The translations under genes and the position numbers were made by a program. A DNA stretch of 64,000 nucleotides, taken from positions 1,736,001 to 1,800,000 of the forward strand of contig CM035354.1 in the NCBI GenBank assembly GCA_020137815.1. The letters are read 5' to 3'. The DNA comes from Hormiphora californensis (lineage: Eukaryota; Animalia; Ctenophora). The notes under the pieces are model-generated. The model saw only the letters and a list, made by a program, of their open reading frames with translations, did not search any database and was not told where the DNA came from. Shown here in pieces: positions 1 to 12,770 of the stretch. The stretch's first letter is position 1. Each line of letters begins with the position of its first letter.

Positions 1-260
1 ACGGGCGGTACCCCGCCAAATAACCCCCCACCTTGGGGATTTACAATCGCCACGTGGCGCCACTTGGCCCACGTGGCGCCCTTTTGGGGCCAAAAAAAAA
101 GCCAACTTGGCGCCTTTTGGGGGCCAAAATTTGGGGGGTTGCGCAAATTCGCCAAATTTTGGGGCCATTTGGCGCTAAAAAAATCGCCACGTGGGGCCAA
201 ATGGCGCCAATTTTGGGCCCCAAATGGCCCAAAGTGCGCACGACCTTAACTCCAACTACC
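1..260. mobile_element. Partial, noisy copy of the GGCGCCAA-rich element (one terminus)
   Basis: Ends gtgcgcacgaccttaactccaactacc, close to the reverse complement of the 3611 terminus. The internal motifs are the same but carry many homopolymer errors. Confidence 0.7.
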
Positions 261-1559
261 CCGGGATTATATTGGGTCCACGGGGACCTATTCTAGGCTG
301 GTCGGTGGGGAAGTCAATATAGGTCTCCCAAGAAAGTTGGAAGGGATATTAAAACTAAATTATACCCTGTCTTGTAGAAGGGCGTTACCGAACAATTACA
401 CCAGTCAAATTGGCGTGTCGATACGGGTGGCGCGGAACAACAGCTCTAGAATTGTTTTAAAAGGGTTGTCCCTAGCGAATTATAATGTTCCCCAAAAAAG
501 AGAAAGATTATCATCACTCTTTGATCAGTATATCAAATTTAACTGGCATTTTTATAGTGGGAAATGCCCCTTTCCTAACCCGGGCCCTTTTTCACCCCCG
601 CCCCAAAAACCCGGGAAACAAATGTAAAAGAGGGACGTCCCCTTTACGGGTCTCCAATTTTCCAAAATCCAACGAGAATAACAGTAACTTTTTTAGGCAT
701 TTCATTTATCCATTAAAAATCTACTTTTTTTGTTCTAACCCACCGGGGCACGGGGAAACAGAGTCGAGCAATCAGCAAGGCAACTAGACTTTTAGGTCTT
801 ATGGCTGACACTGTATTTTAGGGTTCGGCTTTTGGGCTGCTTCCACGGTGACCTAGGAAGACACAAAAATGCAGAGAAAAATTATATGATAAAGTCGCCG
901 GTTTCCCTTTCTAATTTGGTAATGGAGAGGGAGAGAAGAGAGGGAGAGGGAAAGAAGAGAGAGAAAGCACGAGAGAGGGGGGAGAGAGGAGGGGAAAGGG
1001 GAAAAAGGGGGGTTTTTCCCCGGGGGGCGGGGCCCCGCGGGGGAGCGGCCGTCTGTGCCTTTTTTTTTGTGGGCCCTGGGCCCGGTTGGTTTTTTTTTCT
1101 TTTTTTCCTAATTTGTCCTTTGTTTTTGGTGCCTTGTTTCTCTTTCGTCTTCCCCCCGAATTCCAGTCTTCTCCCCCACGCAAAAACTTCATATTTTTCA
1201 TTAATGAGTAGATAATATTTGTCCTGTTCGACCCTCTCACAAGGTAATATTGGGACTTCAAGAAGTTGTTCCTTTATTTTCCCATTGCCGAGAGAGAAGC
1301 AGAATTTCGAAGGAATTTGAAGTTCGAAAAATGAGAACTCTCCAGCTGTGCTTCTCCAATAAGGATTATTATATTAGCTGGGGGGGGGGGCTATTAAAAG
1401 AACAATCACCACCTCCTCTACATTATATATCAGTAATACACGCAGCCAGGTGGAAAAACAATTGTTGATGGGGCGGGTAGAGGGATGGGGAGAGGGATGG
1501 AGAGGGGAGGGCGGGTGGGGTGCTAAGAGCTCATGATCCCCATGAGGCCAGCTGTGAAT

Positions 1560-1652
1560 CAGGAAATACTGGTCCCTGATTGGCTGATAACCAGTCACGT
1601 GACCTAAATAACGAGCTCTGATTGGTTGTTTACTTGGTCCGGTCGGTTCCTG
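1560..1652. mobile_element. ~93-bp dispersed mini-element with CCAAT boxes and a GTCACGTGAC E-box
   Basis: CAGGAA...GGTCGGTTCCTG. A partial inverted copy lies at ~35492-35553, and the terminus resembles that of the 28275-33667 element. Confidence 0.6.
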
Positions 1653-1720
1653 GACTCATGTCATCACCGTCTTCCCAACTGGTATTTATACCAGTCTCTC
1701 ATCATCTAGAGTCTCACAAC

Positions 1721-2686
1721 ATGATTCTCTTTGCCCTTCTTCTTCTCCTGTTGACCACGGTCAGTGCATTCCGCTGTACAACCGAGGAGGACCTGGATGA
1801 TGGAGTGACCCAGATAGACTACCCCATAACCCCTCCCAAGGACATGGCTACTGGGTCTCCCATCTGGATAACCGAGATGAATTTCTTTCTGTACGCTGCA
1901 GCATCCCCTGGTGCCGGTGGGAAGGTCCATGCTGGATTCTGGGATAAGGATGACCAGCTGGTGTACAAGGTGATAGTGGACTGTGGGGAGGGCAGGTGGA
2001 AGACGATGTATGATAAGAGTGGAGGCCGTGGAAATGTCAGGAAGTGGAAGGAGGGATCTCTAGCGGCAGGGAATTGTGGTGAGGGAGAGGTCACTGTATT
2101 TGCACATGTTGGTTGCCCTGACAACAAACCAGAGTTTAAAGAGTATGGTGTCCCTTGCTCCAGACAGGCATTCTTCGTTGTGAACGGACAGGTTCTCGAT
2201 CATTCCTTCCTAGAGATTCCAGGTGAATACGTCAAGTACATTGAACCCTTGCCAGTCTACCTAAGAAAAGCTACTTCCTTCAAGGCTTATATCAAACGAG
2301 AGGGAGTGAATCTCACACGGTATGCGTATGGTAAATGTTTTGACTTCCCAGACCGGTTCCACAAGGATTGTCTAGCAGGTAACAAATGGTTATTCCGACA
2401 TAGCGACAGTACAGCGGCTCTAGAGGACTTTGGGTTGTGGTCCATGGGGAACAATGTTGAATGTGGGAGTTATGACGAGGAAGATGAGGCATCCAAGGTG
2501 TACAAGAACGTGCAGGACAGAGTGGTACCAGATCTTGCTGGGGGTAGGAGCTACAAGACATGCTGCTGCTCCTATACAGATGGGCATATTGATGGAGGAG
2601 AGTGCAGGAACAATTACAAACACAGGGACTGTGATGATAAGCAGGCAATGAACGAGAAATGTGCACCGTTCCTGGTTAATCATTAA
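1721..2686 (+). CDS. Secreted Cys-rich protein of unknown family (321 aa, intronless)
   Basis: Long complex ORF. The ATG at 1721 gives a clear signal peptide (MILFALLLLLLTTVSA|F). The 1622 start in the track lies inside a repeat. The C-terminus is Cys-rich (TCCC). Confidence 0.8.
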   Translation: MILFALLLLLLTTVSAFRCTTEEDLDDGVTQIDYPITPPKDMATGSPIWITEMNFFLYAAASPGAGGKVHAGFWDKDDQLVYKVIVDCGEGRWKTMYDKSGGRGNVRKWKEGSLAAGNCGEGEVTVFAHVGCPDNKPEFKEYGVPCSRQAFFVVNGQVLDHSFLEIPGEYVKYIEPLPVYLRKATSFKAYIKREGVNLTRYAYGKCFDFPDRFHKDCLAGNKWLFRHSDSTAALEDFGLWSMGNNVECGSYDEEDEASKVYKNVQDRVVPDLAGGRSYKTCCCSYTDGHIDGGECRNNYKHRDCDDKQAMNEKCAPFLVNH

Positions 2687-3610
2687 CTTAATGCTACTGC
2701 TGGTTAGTGTACAAACAAGAGATACTATTGTGAGAGATACCATCTCTACAGATTATTGTGAGAGGGAGTGATCATGAGTTTTCAATTTATTGAGCAAAGA
2801 ACAATGGCGTATCATTTCGTATCGACCAAACACAAACAATTGAAACGCTAAAGAATAGAACTACGATCTTGAGAATCTCATCTCTCTCAAGGCGTGTTAA
2901 CGATTTATATTCTCTAGCCAAGTTCGATCTATTCTTTAGCCAAGTATAATAGAGATCATCGAACACCAATCAGACCTTTTATAAGGGGGTGCCTGATCCA
3001 GAGATGTTAGGACGACGCTAAGAAGATTTGAAAAGAACAATACCAGCTAGGATGATCGCACCAAAGCCAAAGCAGAATATATATGCAGCGCGGACAATGG
3101 GGGGAGCATTTTGCCGCATATTGTCCGTCCCACAATTATGTATGCCCAGCCATGCAGTGCTCCCCTCCTGCTACAGTGTGTCACGAGCAGTAAGGTAGCA
3201 CAGTCACGCAGACAGGAAATGGTGCAGAGATCATAATGTCATTCTGCATCTGTAATGATTTGTTTGAATTGTTCATACATGGAGTGTCAAGCGACTCAAT
3301 GATTTGTGTGGCTCCCACCATCATTTTATTTCATAAAAATTAATGATGTGCATTATAATGGTTTTTATGAGTGGGGGATATAATTTACTGAATGACGTGA
3401 GTCCATGTCGTCAACATTAGAGTCGAAAATTAAGTATTTCAACTAACGAAAGAGTCGTTCAAGTATATATATATCGGTAACCCATTACATATCATGCACT
3501 TATCGTTATTAATTAACAAACACCACTTCCACCAAATCTTGTTCTTATCATCATATGTTTAACTTTCCTTGCTCGACCTGATCTATCACCGCACCCTGTA
3601 CGGCATAAAT

Positions 3611-4963
3611 GGTAGTATGGTAGTTAAGGTCGTGCGCACTTTTTGGCGCCATTTGGCGCCAAATTGGCGCCACGTGGCGATATTTTAGCGCCAAATGGCG
3701 CCAAAATTTGGCGACTGCGCACAACCGCCAATTTGGCGATTTTTTGGCGCCAAATGGCGCCACGTGGCGATTGTAAATCGCCAAGTGTTGGCGGTATTTG
3801 GCGGTACCGCCACGTGGCGATGCGAATTTGTCTGAATAAACTGTGTCCATCGCCAAGTGGCGCCAAATTGGCGCCAAATTGGCGATAGTACCTAAAATTC
3901 CAAATATTCATAACGTCCATCAGAGGAATTCCTATCGCCAAGTGGCGCCAAATGGCGCTGCTTGGCGCCAATTTGGCGCCAATTTGGCGCTAAATTGGCG
4001 ATTAGATACAAATCGCCAACTTAGCGCCAAATTGGCGCTGCTTGGCGATTGCCGCCAACTTAGCGCCTATTTGGCGCCAAATTGGCGATTGGACACAAAT
4101 CGCCAACTTAGCGCTGCTTGGCGATTGCCGCCAATTTAGCGCCAATTTGGCGCCAAAATGGCGATTGGCGCCAAATTAGCGCCAATTTGGCGCCAAATGG
4201 CGCTGCTTGGCGCCAATTTAGCGCCAAATTGGCGATTGGATAAAAATCGCCAAATTGGCGCCAAAATGGCGATTGGCGCCAAATTAGCGCCAATTTGGCG
4301 CCAAATGGCGATGCTTGGCGCCAATTTAGCGCCAAATTGGCGATTGGATAAAAATCGCCAACTAAGCGCCAAATTGGCGCCAAAATGGCGATTGGCGCCA
4401 AATTAGCGCCAATTTGGCGCCAAATGGCGCTGCTTGGCGCCAATTTAGCGCCAAATTGGCGATTGGATACAAATCGCCACTTTAGCGCTAAGTTGGCGAT
4501 TTGTAATCAAATCGCCAATTTGGCGCTAAATTGGCGCCAAGCATCGCCATTTGGCGCCAAATTGGCGCCTATCGCCAAGCAGCGCCAATTTGGCGCCAAG
4601 ATTGCGCCAAAGAGGTGGTTAATTTCCGCTTCTGGACGTTCCCACTCGCCAAGTGGCGCCAATTTGGCGCCAAGAGTGAAAAGTACATGGCGCCAATTTG
4701 GCGCCACTTGGCGATGGACACAGTTTATTCAGACAAATTCGCATCGCCACGTGGCGGTACCGCCAAATACCGCCAACACTTGGCGATTTACAATCGCCAC
4801 GTGGCGCCACGTGGCGCCACTTGGCGCCATTTTGGCGCCAAATTGGCGGTTGTGCGCAGTCGCCAAATTTTGGCGCCATTTGGCGCTAAAATATCGCCAC
4901 GTGGCGCCAAGTTGGCGCCAAGTTGGCGCCAAAAAGTGCGCACGACCATACTACCATACTACC
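3611..4963. mobile_element. Non-autonomous DNA transposon, long imperfect IR built of GGCGCCAA repeats, 8-bp TSD
   Basis: Termini GGTAGTATGGTAG...CTACCATACTACC. TSD GCATAAAT at 3603-3610 and 4964-4971. Confidence 0.9.
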
Positions 4964-5035
4964 GCATAAATATATGTATGGCAGTTTTAGAACAACTGGT
5001 TACCTTGTGACATTGCACTTGAAAAGAGCAATGAC

Positions 5036-5288
5036 TTGTTGAGTAACGGACCAAGTACAGATTTGAATACTGACATCAGGAACCTGATGGCTCGTGCCCC
5101 CTACGCTGTATTATAGCGTGCTAAACCACTTGAAGCAGCCGCATGACCCAACTTTGCATGTGAAATAAGTATAGTAGGGAGTTGCGACACGCGCATTGTT
5201 AGCATAGGGGGTGTGCACGAGCCATCAGGTTCCTGATGTCAGGATTCCAATTTGTAACTGGTCCCTATACTAACCCATTACTCAACAA
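5036..5288. mobile_element. 253-bp MITE, TIR TTGTTGAGTAA, 8-bp TSD
   Basis: TSD GCAATGAC at 5028-5035 and 5289-5296. Internal inverted repeat ctgacatcaggaacctgatggctcgtgc. Confidence 0.9.
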
Positions 5289-5717
5289 GCAATGACTATA
5301 TCCCCCATTTCACCAAAACATGGATCGTTATGCAGTATGATGGAGAGGAATGACCTGGTCAACCAACTACAGGCTAACTCATTTCTCTCGAGGGGGGTCC
5401 TAAACAATGAGAGTATTTCTTAGCATAGAGGGATCATGAAATAGGAGAGATCAGATAGAGAAGAGAGATATAGAAGGAAGAGAGATAGATCGCCAGGTAA
5501 AGATAAAATAGCAAAGCTATCTATTCTCGGATTATGTGTGCATTCAGCATTGCAAAGATTTACTGCCGATTTTAACTACATATGAGTTAGCCCATTACCT
5601 CGCCGATTACTGCAGAAAGAGAGAGCAGCTCACTATGGAGCAGCTCTGGGCGGAGCTTACTGTAATATTTCTGTCATATTTATTTTGTTTTCGTCTTCCT
5701 CCTCTACTTACTACATA

Positions 5718-6717
5718 GTAGGGACGAATCTCTTATAAAAAGAAGTGGTTGACTCACTATTTGGTGGAAAGCAAATTCCGGTTGTAACCCACCTATTTTG
5801 ACCCGCTGAACACGATCCCGTTCATAGGCAAGCTCGCAAAAGTGGAGAAAATGCCCAAATCGGCCACGCCCTTTTACCTGTATTTTCAGCCTGTAGCCAA
5901 AAACATAACTCCTCTTAGAATAGGAGTAGAGACAAATCTGAGGGCACTAAAGTGATCAGCGCCCTCGCATTAGTGGGGGTAGGTGCTGGAATTAAGTCTC
6001 TATCTCATCTGGTTAATTAGATAATTGGATAATTAGGTTTGCGCATAACCGTTTTTTGGCTATATGGCTATAGCCACTTAGGAATGGTTTAGAGACTTTT
6101 CACTGGCGCCATTTTGTAGGCAATAGCCAAGTTATGGGGGGTCGACGTCGGACTTTTAAGCTCTATCTCCAACCGTTTAGCCGTTATTGGGCTAAATCGA
6201 TGCTCAAAATGAGCGAAAAACGGTTAAAAGCCCGATTTTGAGTATCGTTTAGGCCCAATAACGGCTAAACGGTTGGAGATAGAGCTTAAAAGTCCGACGT
6301 CGACCCCCCATAACTTGGCTATTGCCTACAAAATGGCGCCAGTGAAAAGTCTCTAAACCATTCCTAAGTGGCTATAGCCATATAGCCAAAAAACGGTTAT
6401 GCGCAAACCTAATTATCCAATTATCTAATTAACCAGATGAGATAGAGACTTAATTCCAGCACCTACCCCCACTAATGCGAGGGCGCTGATCACTTTAGTG
6501 CCCTCAGATTTGTCTCTACTCCTATTCTAAGAGGATTTATGTTTTTGGCTACATGCTGAAAATACAGGTAAAAGGGCGTGGCCGATTTGGGCATTTTCTC
6601 CACTTTTCCGAGCTTGCCTATGAACGGGATCGTGTTCAGCGGGTCAAAATAGGTGGGTTACAACCGGAATTTGCTTTCCACCAAATAGTGAGTCAAAAAA
6701 TTAAGATTCGTCCCTAC
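5718..6717. mobile_element. 1-kb near-perfect palindromic (foldback) MITE, TA-flanked
   Basis: TA|GTAGGGACGAATC...GATTCGTCCCTAC|TA, with near-identical arms and a centre at ~6230. Confidence 0.9.
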
Positions 6718-7135
6718 TAACAGGTGGTGTTCATTAGAAGATCACATGTGCTTTCTAAATTAATGGTTTTACATGATCAATTCGACACTATAATGTCTCA
6801 AAATATATGAGGACATTAATTTTTATTTTAATGAAGGAATGATAAGTCTTTCTTTGTCTCTCGCTAGATTCCGATTTTACTCATTTGGGGTGACAACTTC
6901 AAAAAATCCGACTTTAGTGGGATTTTGTTAATTGCAATAAGGATTCAAGATCTTCTTTGATTATTTCCAATGACGACAATGTCAAAAAAGATAAGTTGAT
7001 TAACATTCTCTCGTCCAATTTACCTCCTGTCACACACAGGGAGAGATTTTACTGCAATGACAGCTGTTAACGATGTCAATCTACATCTGTATCTAGTGTA
7101 TTGAAGGAGGTGTATCTGGCTATAAAGCTAAATCA

Positions 7136-7154
7136 TTGTTGAGTTACCCAACAA
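7136..7154. mobile_element. 19-bp TIR-only remnant of the TTGTTGAG family
   Basis: ttgttgagttacccaacaa flanked by CTAAATCA at 7128-7135 and 7155-7162. Confidence 0.8.
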
Positions 7155-9373
7155 CTAAATCATGCTTTGACCTGATTAATAATTATTGTGGTTTAAACTC
7201 TTGATGAACTCTTGATTAATTAGGCCTAATCTATACATTGCGGTGAACTGCTTGTGGTTTAACCTCATAAAGTAGTGCTCCATCATTATTTGTTCAGATT
7301 CTATATCTGGCCTATACGATATGGTCGTTGTTTGTTGACTTACATATAATACTCTTGTATAACTGATCGTCATCTGCTGTAGGTACCTTTTTACCTAGCT
7401 ACTAGCTTCGCATGGTCTGATGAGCAATATCATTGGTAGCCGCACAGATTACAGATTACAGATCATGGTTGATGGTGTAGGTAGTTAGCAGTTAAACTAT
7501 TGAATGAGAGAACAAAACATATATCCATTCCAATGTTACACCTGTGTGGTCATATTCTTATTCAGTTGGTTACTAGATGAATTAGCTAATATCCCAAAAT
7601 ATATCTTGTTCTTGTTAAAACCACCCATGGAGCGAAAGATTTATTCGTGATGCAGTGAGACGATGATTGATAAGGTAATATTTCACTCTACGCCCTATGT
7701 GGCACTCTGTGCTATGTACAGGTACTATGTGTGTGTAAAGTGGACTCCACTGTGGAGGAGAGAGAGGTAAGATGATACCCCTTATTTCGTTGTGGGACCT
7801 CATTACAAGAACTCTCTCTCTATCTATCTCTATCTATCTATCTCTCTCTTTCTCTCTCTCTCTGTGCACAACATACGTGTTCCCTCTCCCACCATCTCTC
7901 CATGCCATCTCTCCCATGCCACCTCTCCCATGCCATCTCTCCCACGCCACCTCTCACATACCATCTCTCACATAGTCACCACATAATATGTTTTACGTTT
8001 CGAAATGGTTTCCTCTGTACAGTTTTTCTGATTTTATCTCGGCTAGCTTTGGTTACTCGCGGTTACTCGTTCCCATGGCAACGAAGCCTATATTTTTACT
8101 AATTTGTGTGCAGCTCTGCTCGCCCATATTTTTTCATTTCCTCCTTCATTTAAAGAAACCCAATCGCTTCAATATATGCCTAATATGCTGTAGTATGCAG
8201 ATCCTCCTACCCTCTCTCACTCAGACCTCTTATATTGCTCGCCAACTGGTAACATCCATTATGCAATTTCGCAAAGCTGAACAAAGTGATATAGGGGAGA
8301 CTTGGCCAATGTGATATATTCACTTTGTTGTTGTCGTGATTCTATGTGATTCCACTTTCGGGTTATAGGGCAATTGTCCTTTTGGTCGAGTTGTAAAGCC
8401 ACTATATCTTTCTCTCTGTTTTCTCTCTGTTTTCTCTCTGTTTTCTCTCTTAACCTCTCACGTTGCATCATGTTGAGTAAGGGGTAAGATACAATTCAGT
8501 ATGCAATTCAGTCTCCCCTACTCACAAGTAAAATACACATAGCACTGTACTGACGTGACTTGGTACGCGGCTTGAACTTGGATCTCTGCAGTAATTATAA
8601 TTATTTGTGTGCTACATTCATAAAATATATAATGTCATAATTCTCGGAAAGCCGCTCAGTTCAATAAATTTGGCTTCAAAAGATTTTAATCTCCCCGAGA
8701 GAGAAAGAAGCTTGCAGATGATATAACCCGATTATAGAAGACAATATAGCGCAGTAATAGCTTACTTTAAAAACAAAGGAAACCATTTTTTTATAAATGA
8801 TGAATCAATTGTCTCTAAACTCTATATATTAGTCTAGTTAGAGTCTAGTTGGTTTCCTCTCTCCTAGTTTTTCAGAAACCATAAACAAGATGGAGAGCGC
8901 TGAAATTGTATCCTTTTTCATCCGTGCCAAGTTAGAATGCCGCGTCGACTTTAGGTAGCACTATACTATTATTAATATACTATTATTATTAGCATATATT
9001 TCCTCCGGTCCCAGTAATAATGGGAGTTGGATTTTATACTAGCTAATACACAGTTGGAGCTAGTGCACAGTCTCGCATCTATATGTTATGTATAGTACTG
9101 CAACAGCAATCTGTATGCAGAGATTTCTTCGCATGTGGATGTGAGATGTGTTAAAGCTCACTCCCAGCTGTGCAGTTGTTGTAGTACTGCAGGATATAAT
9201 ATGTCGTGTGGGGTTCTCTCTCCCTCCCATCGGCACCACTTTGTACATGATATTTCGAGTTACCAAACATGTGACTTTGTACATGACATTTCGAGTTACC
9301 AAACATGTACCACTTTGTAAAGTGACATGTGACTAGAAGTTTGGATCATTTGGTGAGTTGTAACACATATGTA

Positions 9374-9556
9374 ACAGTGCTGCTTGCAGTCAAAATACGG
9401 TAACGCAAAATACAGTAAGGAGCCGCGCACGGTGCATAATGCGCGGCAAAAAGTTCATGTGTCAGCACGTACTAGCGCCCTGATTGGTCACGGTTGCGCG
9501 TCGTCTTACTGTATCTTCGTTTTCCATTACCGTTTTCCCACTACAAGCGACCGTGT
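9374..9556. mobile_element. ~180-bp dispersed MITE-like repeat (inverted copies at ~23087-23248 and ~23354-23536)
   Basis: Near-identical sequence at three places. It produces the duplicated spurious ORF MQSKYGNAKYSKE. Confidence 0.8.
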
Positions 9557-10019
9557 CATGAGTACTAATGCACTGGGCCATTATATTATTCCTAATTGGT
9601 ATAATGGCAGTACTAGTAATACAGTACGTGTACTATAGCCTTTATCCCCCCTGGCAGCCTGTATTGCCTAATTCTATTTTTATCCCACACCTATCTTTAT
9701 CGCGGCCACAAGTTTTCAATTATTGACACCGTGTGTCATCCAATAATTTGTTGTGTGTCATTAGTTGATAGTGTGGGGCGGTCACCACCTAGTTGAGACA
9801 CATCAGAGAGCGGCTGTGCGGCATCAGTCTGAGCTGCCAGTTGAAATATAAACATGGGTGGATGACAGTTTAATAGGCTGGATGATGTGTATTGATAGTG
9901 GTGAAACAACGATTAACGGTGATTTGTAGTACACTGTTTCAGAGTACACTTCGTGAGAGAGAAAGAGAGGGAGAGCCCTGCACTGTTGTTGATCACGTGT
10001 AAATGGGTCTAACCGGAAG

Positions 10020-10051
10020 CTGATCTCTCTCTCTCTCTCTCCCTCTCCCTC

Positions 10052-10131
<80 letters not shown>

Positions 10132-11287
10132 TCCCACGACCGAGGGCCAGCGTTTAATAGAGCGCAATTAGACTTGATTACATGCACCGTTTCTTCTTGC
10201 ACCCACTTTCCTTCCCGGTTGCTTCTCTCTATCTCTCTATCTCTGTCTCTCTCTCTCTCCCTCTCTCTGTCTCTCCCTCTCTCCCTCTCTCCCTCTTTCT
10301 ATCTCTCACTCTCCATCTATTTCTCTCTCTCCCATCTCTTCTTTTCTCTTCCGCATATCTTCATTCTCCCATTCAATTGTCTTAACAAGCACCTCGTGTT
10401 GCGGTGGTGCTGGGCTAATCAAGGCTTGGCAAATATACTTCTTTTTTGACACACGGCCCGGTATTAATTAGGTCCTCCGAGGGAGAGCCCGCAAATGTTG
10501 TTTTATCAGTGTAAAAAGGGTTTTTACCGGAAGCTGACTCTCTCTCTCTCTCTCCCTCTCCCCTCCTCTCCTCTACTCTCTCTAAACTCTCTCTTTTCTC
10601 TCTCTCTTCTCCCTCAAACTCTCTCCCCCTCTTTTCTCTCTCAAACCCCCCCACGACCGAGGGCCCCGCGTTTTTAAAAGGCGCAATTAGCCTTGATTTT
10701 CCCCCCCCCCCCCTTCCCTCATTTCCCCCCCCCGCCTCTCTTCCCCTCTTCCCCCCTCATCTCCCCTCCTCTCCCCTCCCCCCCCCCCCCCCTCTCTCTC
10801 GTCTCTCCTGGCTCTCTCTCCTCTCCTGTCTCCTCTCCACCCTCTCCTCTCCTCCTCTCGACTCGTCTCTCTCTCTCTCTCTCTCATCCTCTCTCACTCT
10901 CTCTCGTCTCTCCGGGGTCTCCCTCTCGTCCCCCCTCGTCTCTCCTGTCTCTCGTCTCCATCCTTCGCTCTCGGGCTCTCGTCTCTCTGCCTCTCCTCCT
11001 CACAAATCTCTCTCTCTTCTTCACCCTCCTTCTCCGTCTCATCGTGTTGTCTCACACATGTAGCTCTCCTCATCTGTCCAATTCCACATCCCTCTCTTCT
11101 CCCTCACTCTCTCGCCAATCCTCTGACATCTCTCTCTCTCTTCTCTCTCAGTCTTCCGGTCATGTCTCACGGTCTCTCTCTGCTCTCCTCTCTCCTCTTC
11201 AATCTCCCCTCCTCTCTCTCCTCTCACGTCTCCTCTCCATCTCTCCGTCCTCACCACTCAGAACTCCTCTCCTCCTCTCTCTGTCTC

Positions 11288-11319
<32 letters not shown>

Positions 11320-12770
11320 GACTCTCAATCTACTTCCCTCGTTCTCTCGATCTCCATCTCGTCGCTCTCCGCCTCTCTCTCTCATCTCTCCTCCATTCTC
11401 CTCTCTCTCTCTCTCTCTCTCTCAAATCTTTCCATACCCGTTCATTCTACGCATCCACAGCATCACTCTCTCAAGCCTCTCGAAAAATCTCTCTCTCTCT
11501 CTACTCTCTCCTCTCTCTCTCTGCCCTCCTCCTCCCCTCTCTCTCCCGATCTCCTCATTCCCTCTCTCACTCCCCTCATCGTTCCCGTCATCGTCCCCTC
11601 TGTCTCTCGTTCTTCATCTCTCTCTCCGCTCTCTTCTCTTCTAAACGTTCTCTCTCTCTCTTCTCTCCCCATCTCACTCTCTCTCCTCGTCTCTCACGTC
11701 TCGCTCCCTCAGATGTGTTTCCGTCCCTCCTAGTAAAATATCCTCTCTCTCCTCAGTCTACATCCTCTCTTGTCTCTCTCTCCATCCGATCCCTCTCGTC
11801 CTCTCTATCTCCTCTCTCTCTTCATCTCAATCCTCTGGGTTATCCTCCGTCATCTGCTCTCTCTCCTCTCTCTCCCTACGTTCTAATCGACTCTCTCTCC
11901 TCTCTCTCTCCCTACCGCTCGCTCGTCTCTCTCGTCTCTCCCCTCCCAGCAAGCTCTCTCTTCTCTTCTCTCGTCTTTTTCGCCGTACAAGTCTCACCCG
12001 TCTCCATCTCTCGCCTCTCGTCTCTTTCCCTCGTTCTGTCCCTCCTCAGCTTCCTCCCTCTCCTCTTCTTCTCTCAGTCTCCTCTTCCTACTCTCTCTCT
12101 CTCTGTCTTCTCCTCTTTCCCTCATAGCCCTGCCGTGGTGGACTTCTCTCCTCTCTCTCGTCTCTCTCTCGTCGCTCTCCTCTCTTCTTCTTCCAAATCT
12201 CTCTGCGTCTCTCTCTCTCTCCTCGTCCGTCCCTCTCCCATCTCAGTTCCTCCTTCGATGCTCTCCTTCTCTCTCTCTCCTTCATTCATCATCCCCATCT
12301 CTCTCTCTCTCTCTCTCTCTCTCCTCTCTCTTTCTCCTCTCCTCTCATCTCTCTCTCCCTCCTCCATCTCTCTCTCCTCTCCCCTCTCCACTCCTCCTCT
12401 CTCTCTCCTCTCGATGTCAAATCCCTACGACTCTCCCTCGTCGCTCGTCTTTCTCGTTCCCTCTCTCTCTCTCTCATCTCAGTCTCGTCTCAGTCCCTCC
12501 TCTCTCTCTCTCTCCCTCCTCTCTCTCTCTCTCGCTCACCTCATCCCTCCATGCTCTCATCTCTCTTCCTCTCCTCTCATTCTCCCTCATGTCCTCTCGT
12601 TCGTCTCATCAGCTGTCACTATTCAAGATGTCGAGTGACAGTCTCTCTCTCTCTCTCTCTCCCAATCTCTCTCCTCTCTCTCATCTCCTCTCATCCTCTC
12701 TCTCGTCGCTCGTCTCTCTCTCCTCTTCCTCTACAAATCTCTCACCTCTCTCTCTCTCTTATCTCTCCCC
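10020..12770. repeat. (CT)n microsatellite and degenerate pyrimidine tract, largely low-quality sequence
   Basis: Pure (CT)n decays into noisy CT-rich text. ~10490-10700 is an error-laden copy of ~9985-10180. Confidence 0.85.

Noticed and set aside
3551-5010. Many overlapping ORFs (WRQ/GAKLAP)
   Set aside because: Stop-poor GGCGCCAA repeats of a non-autonomous transposon.
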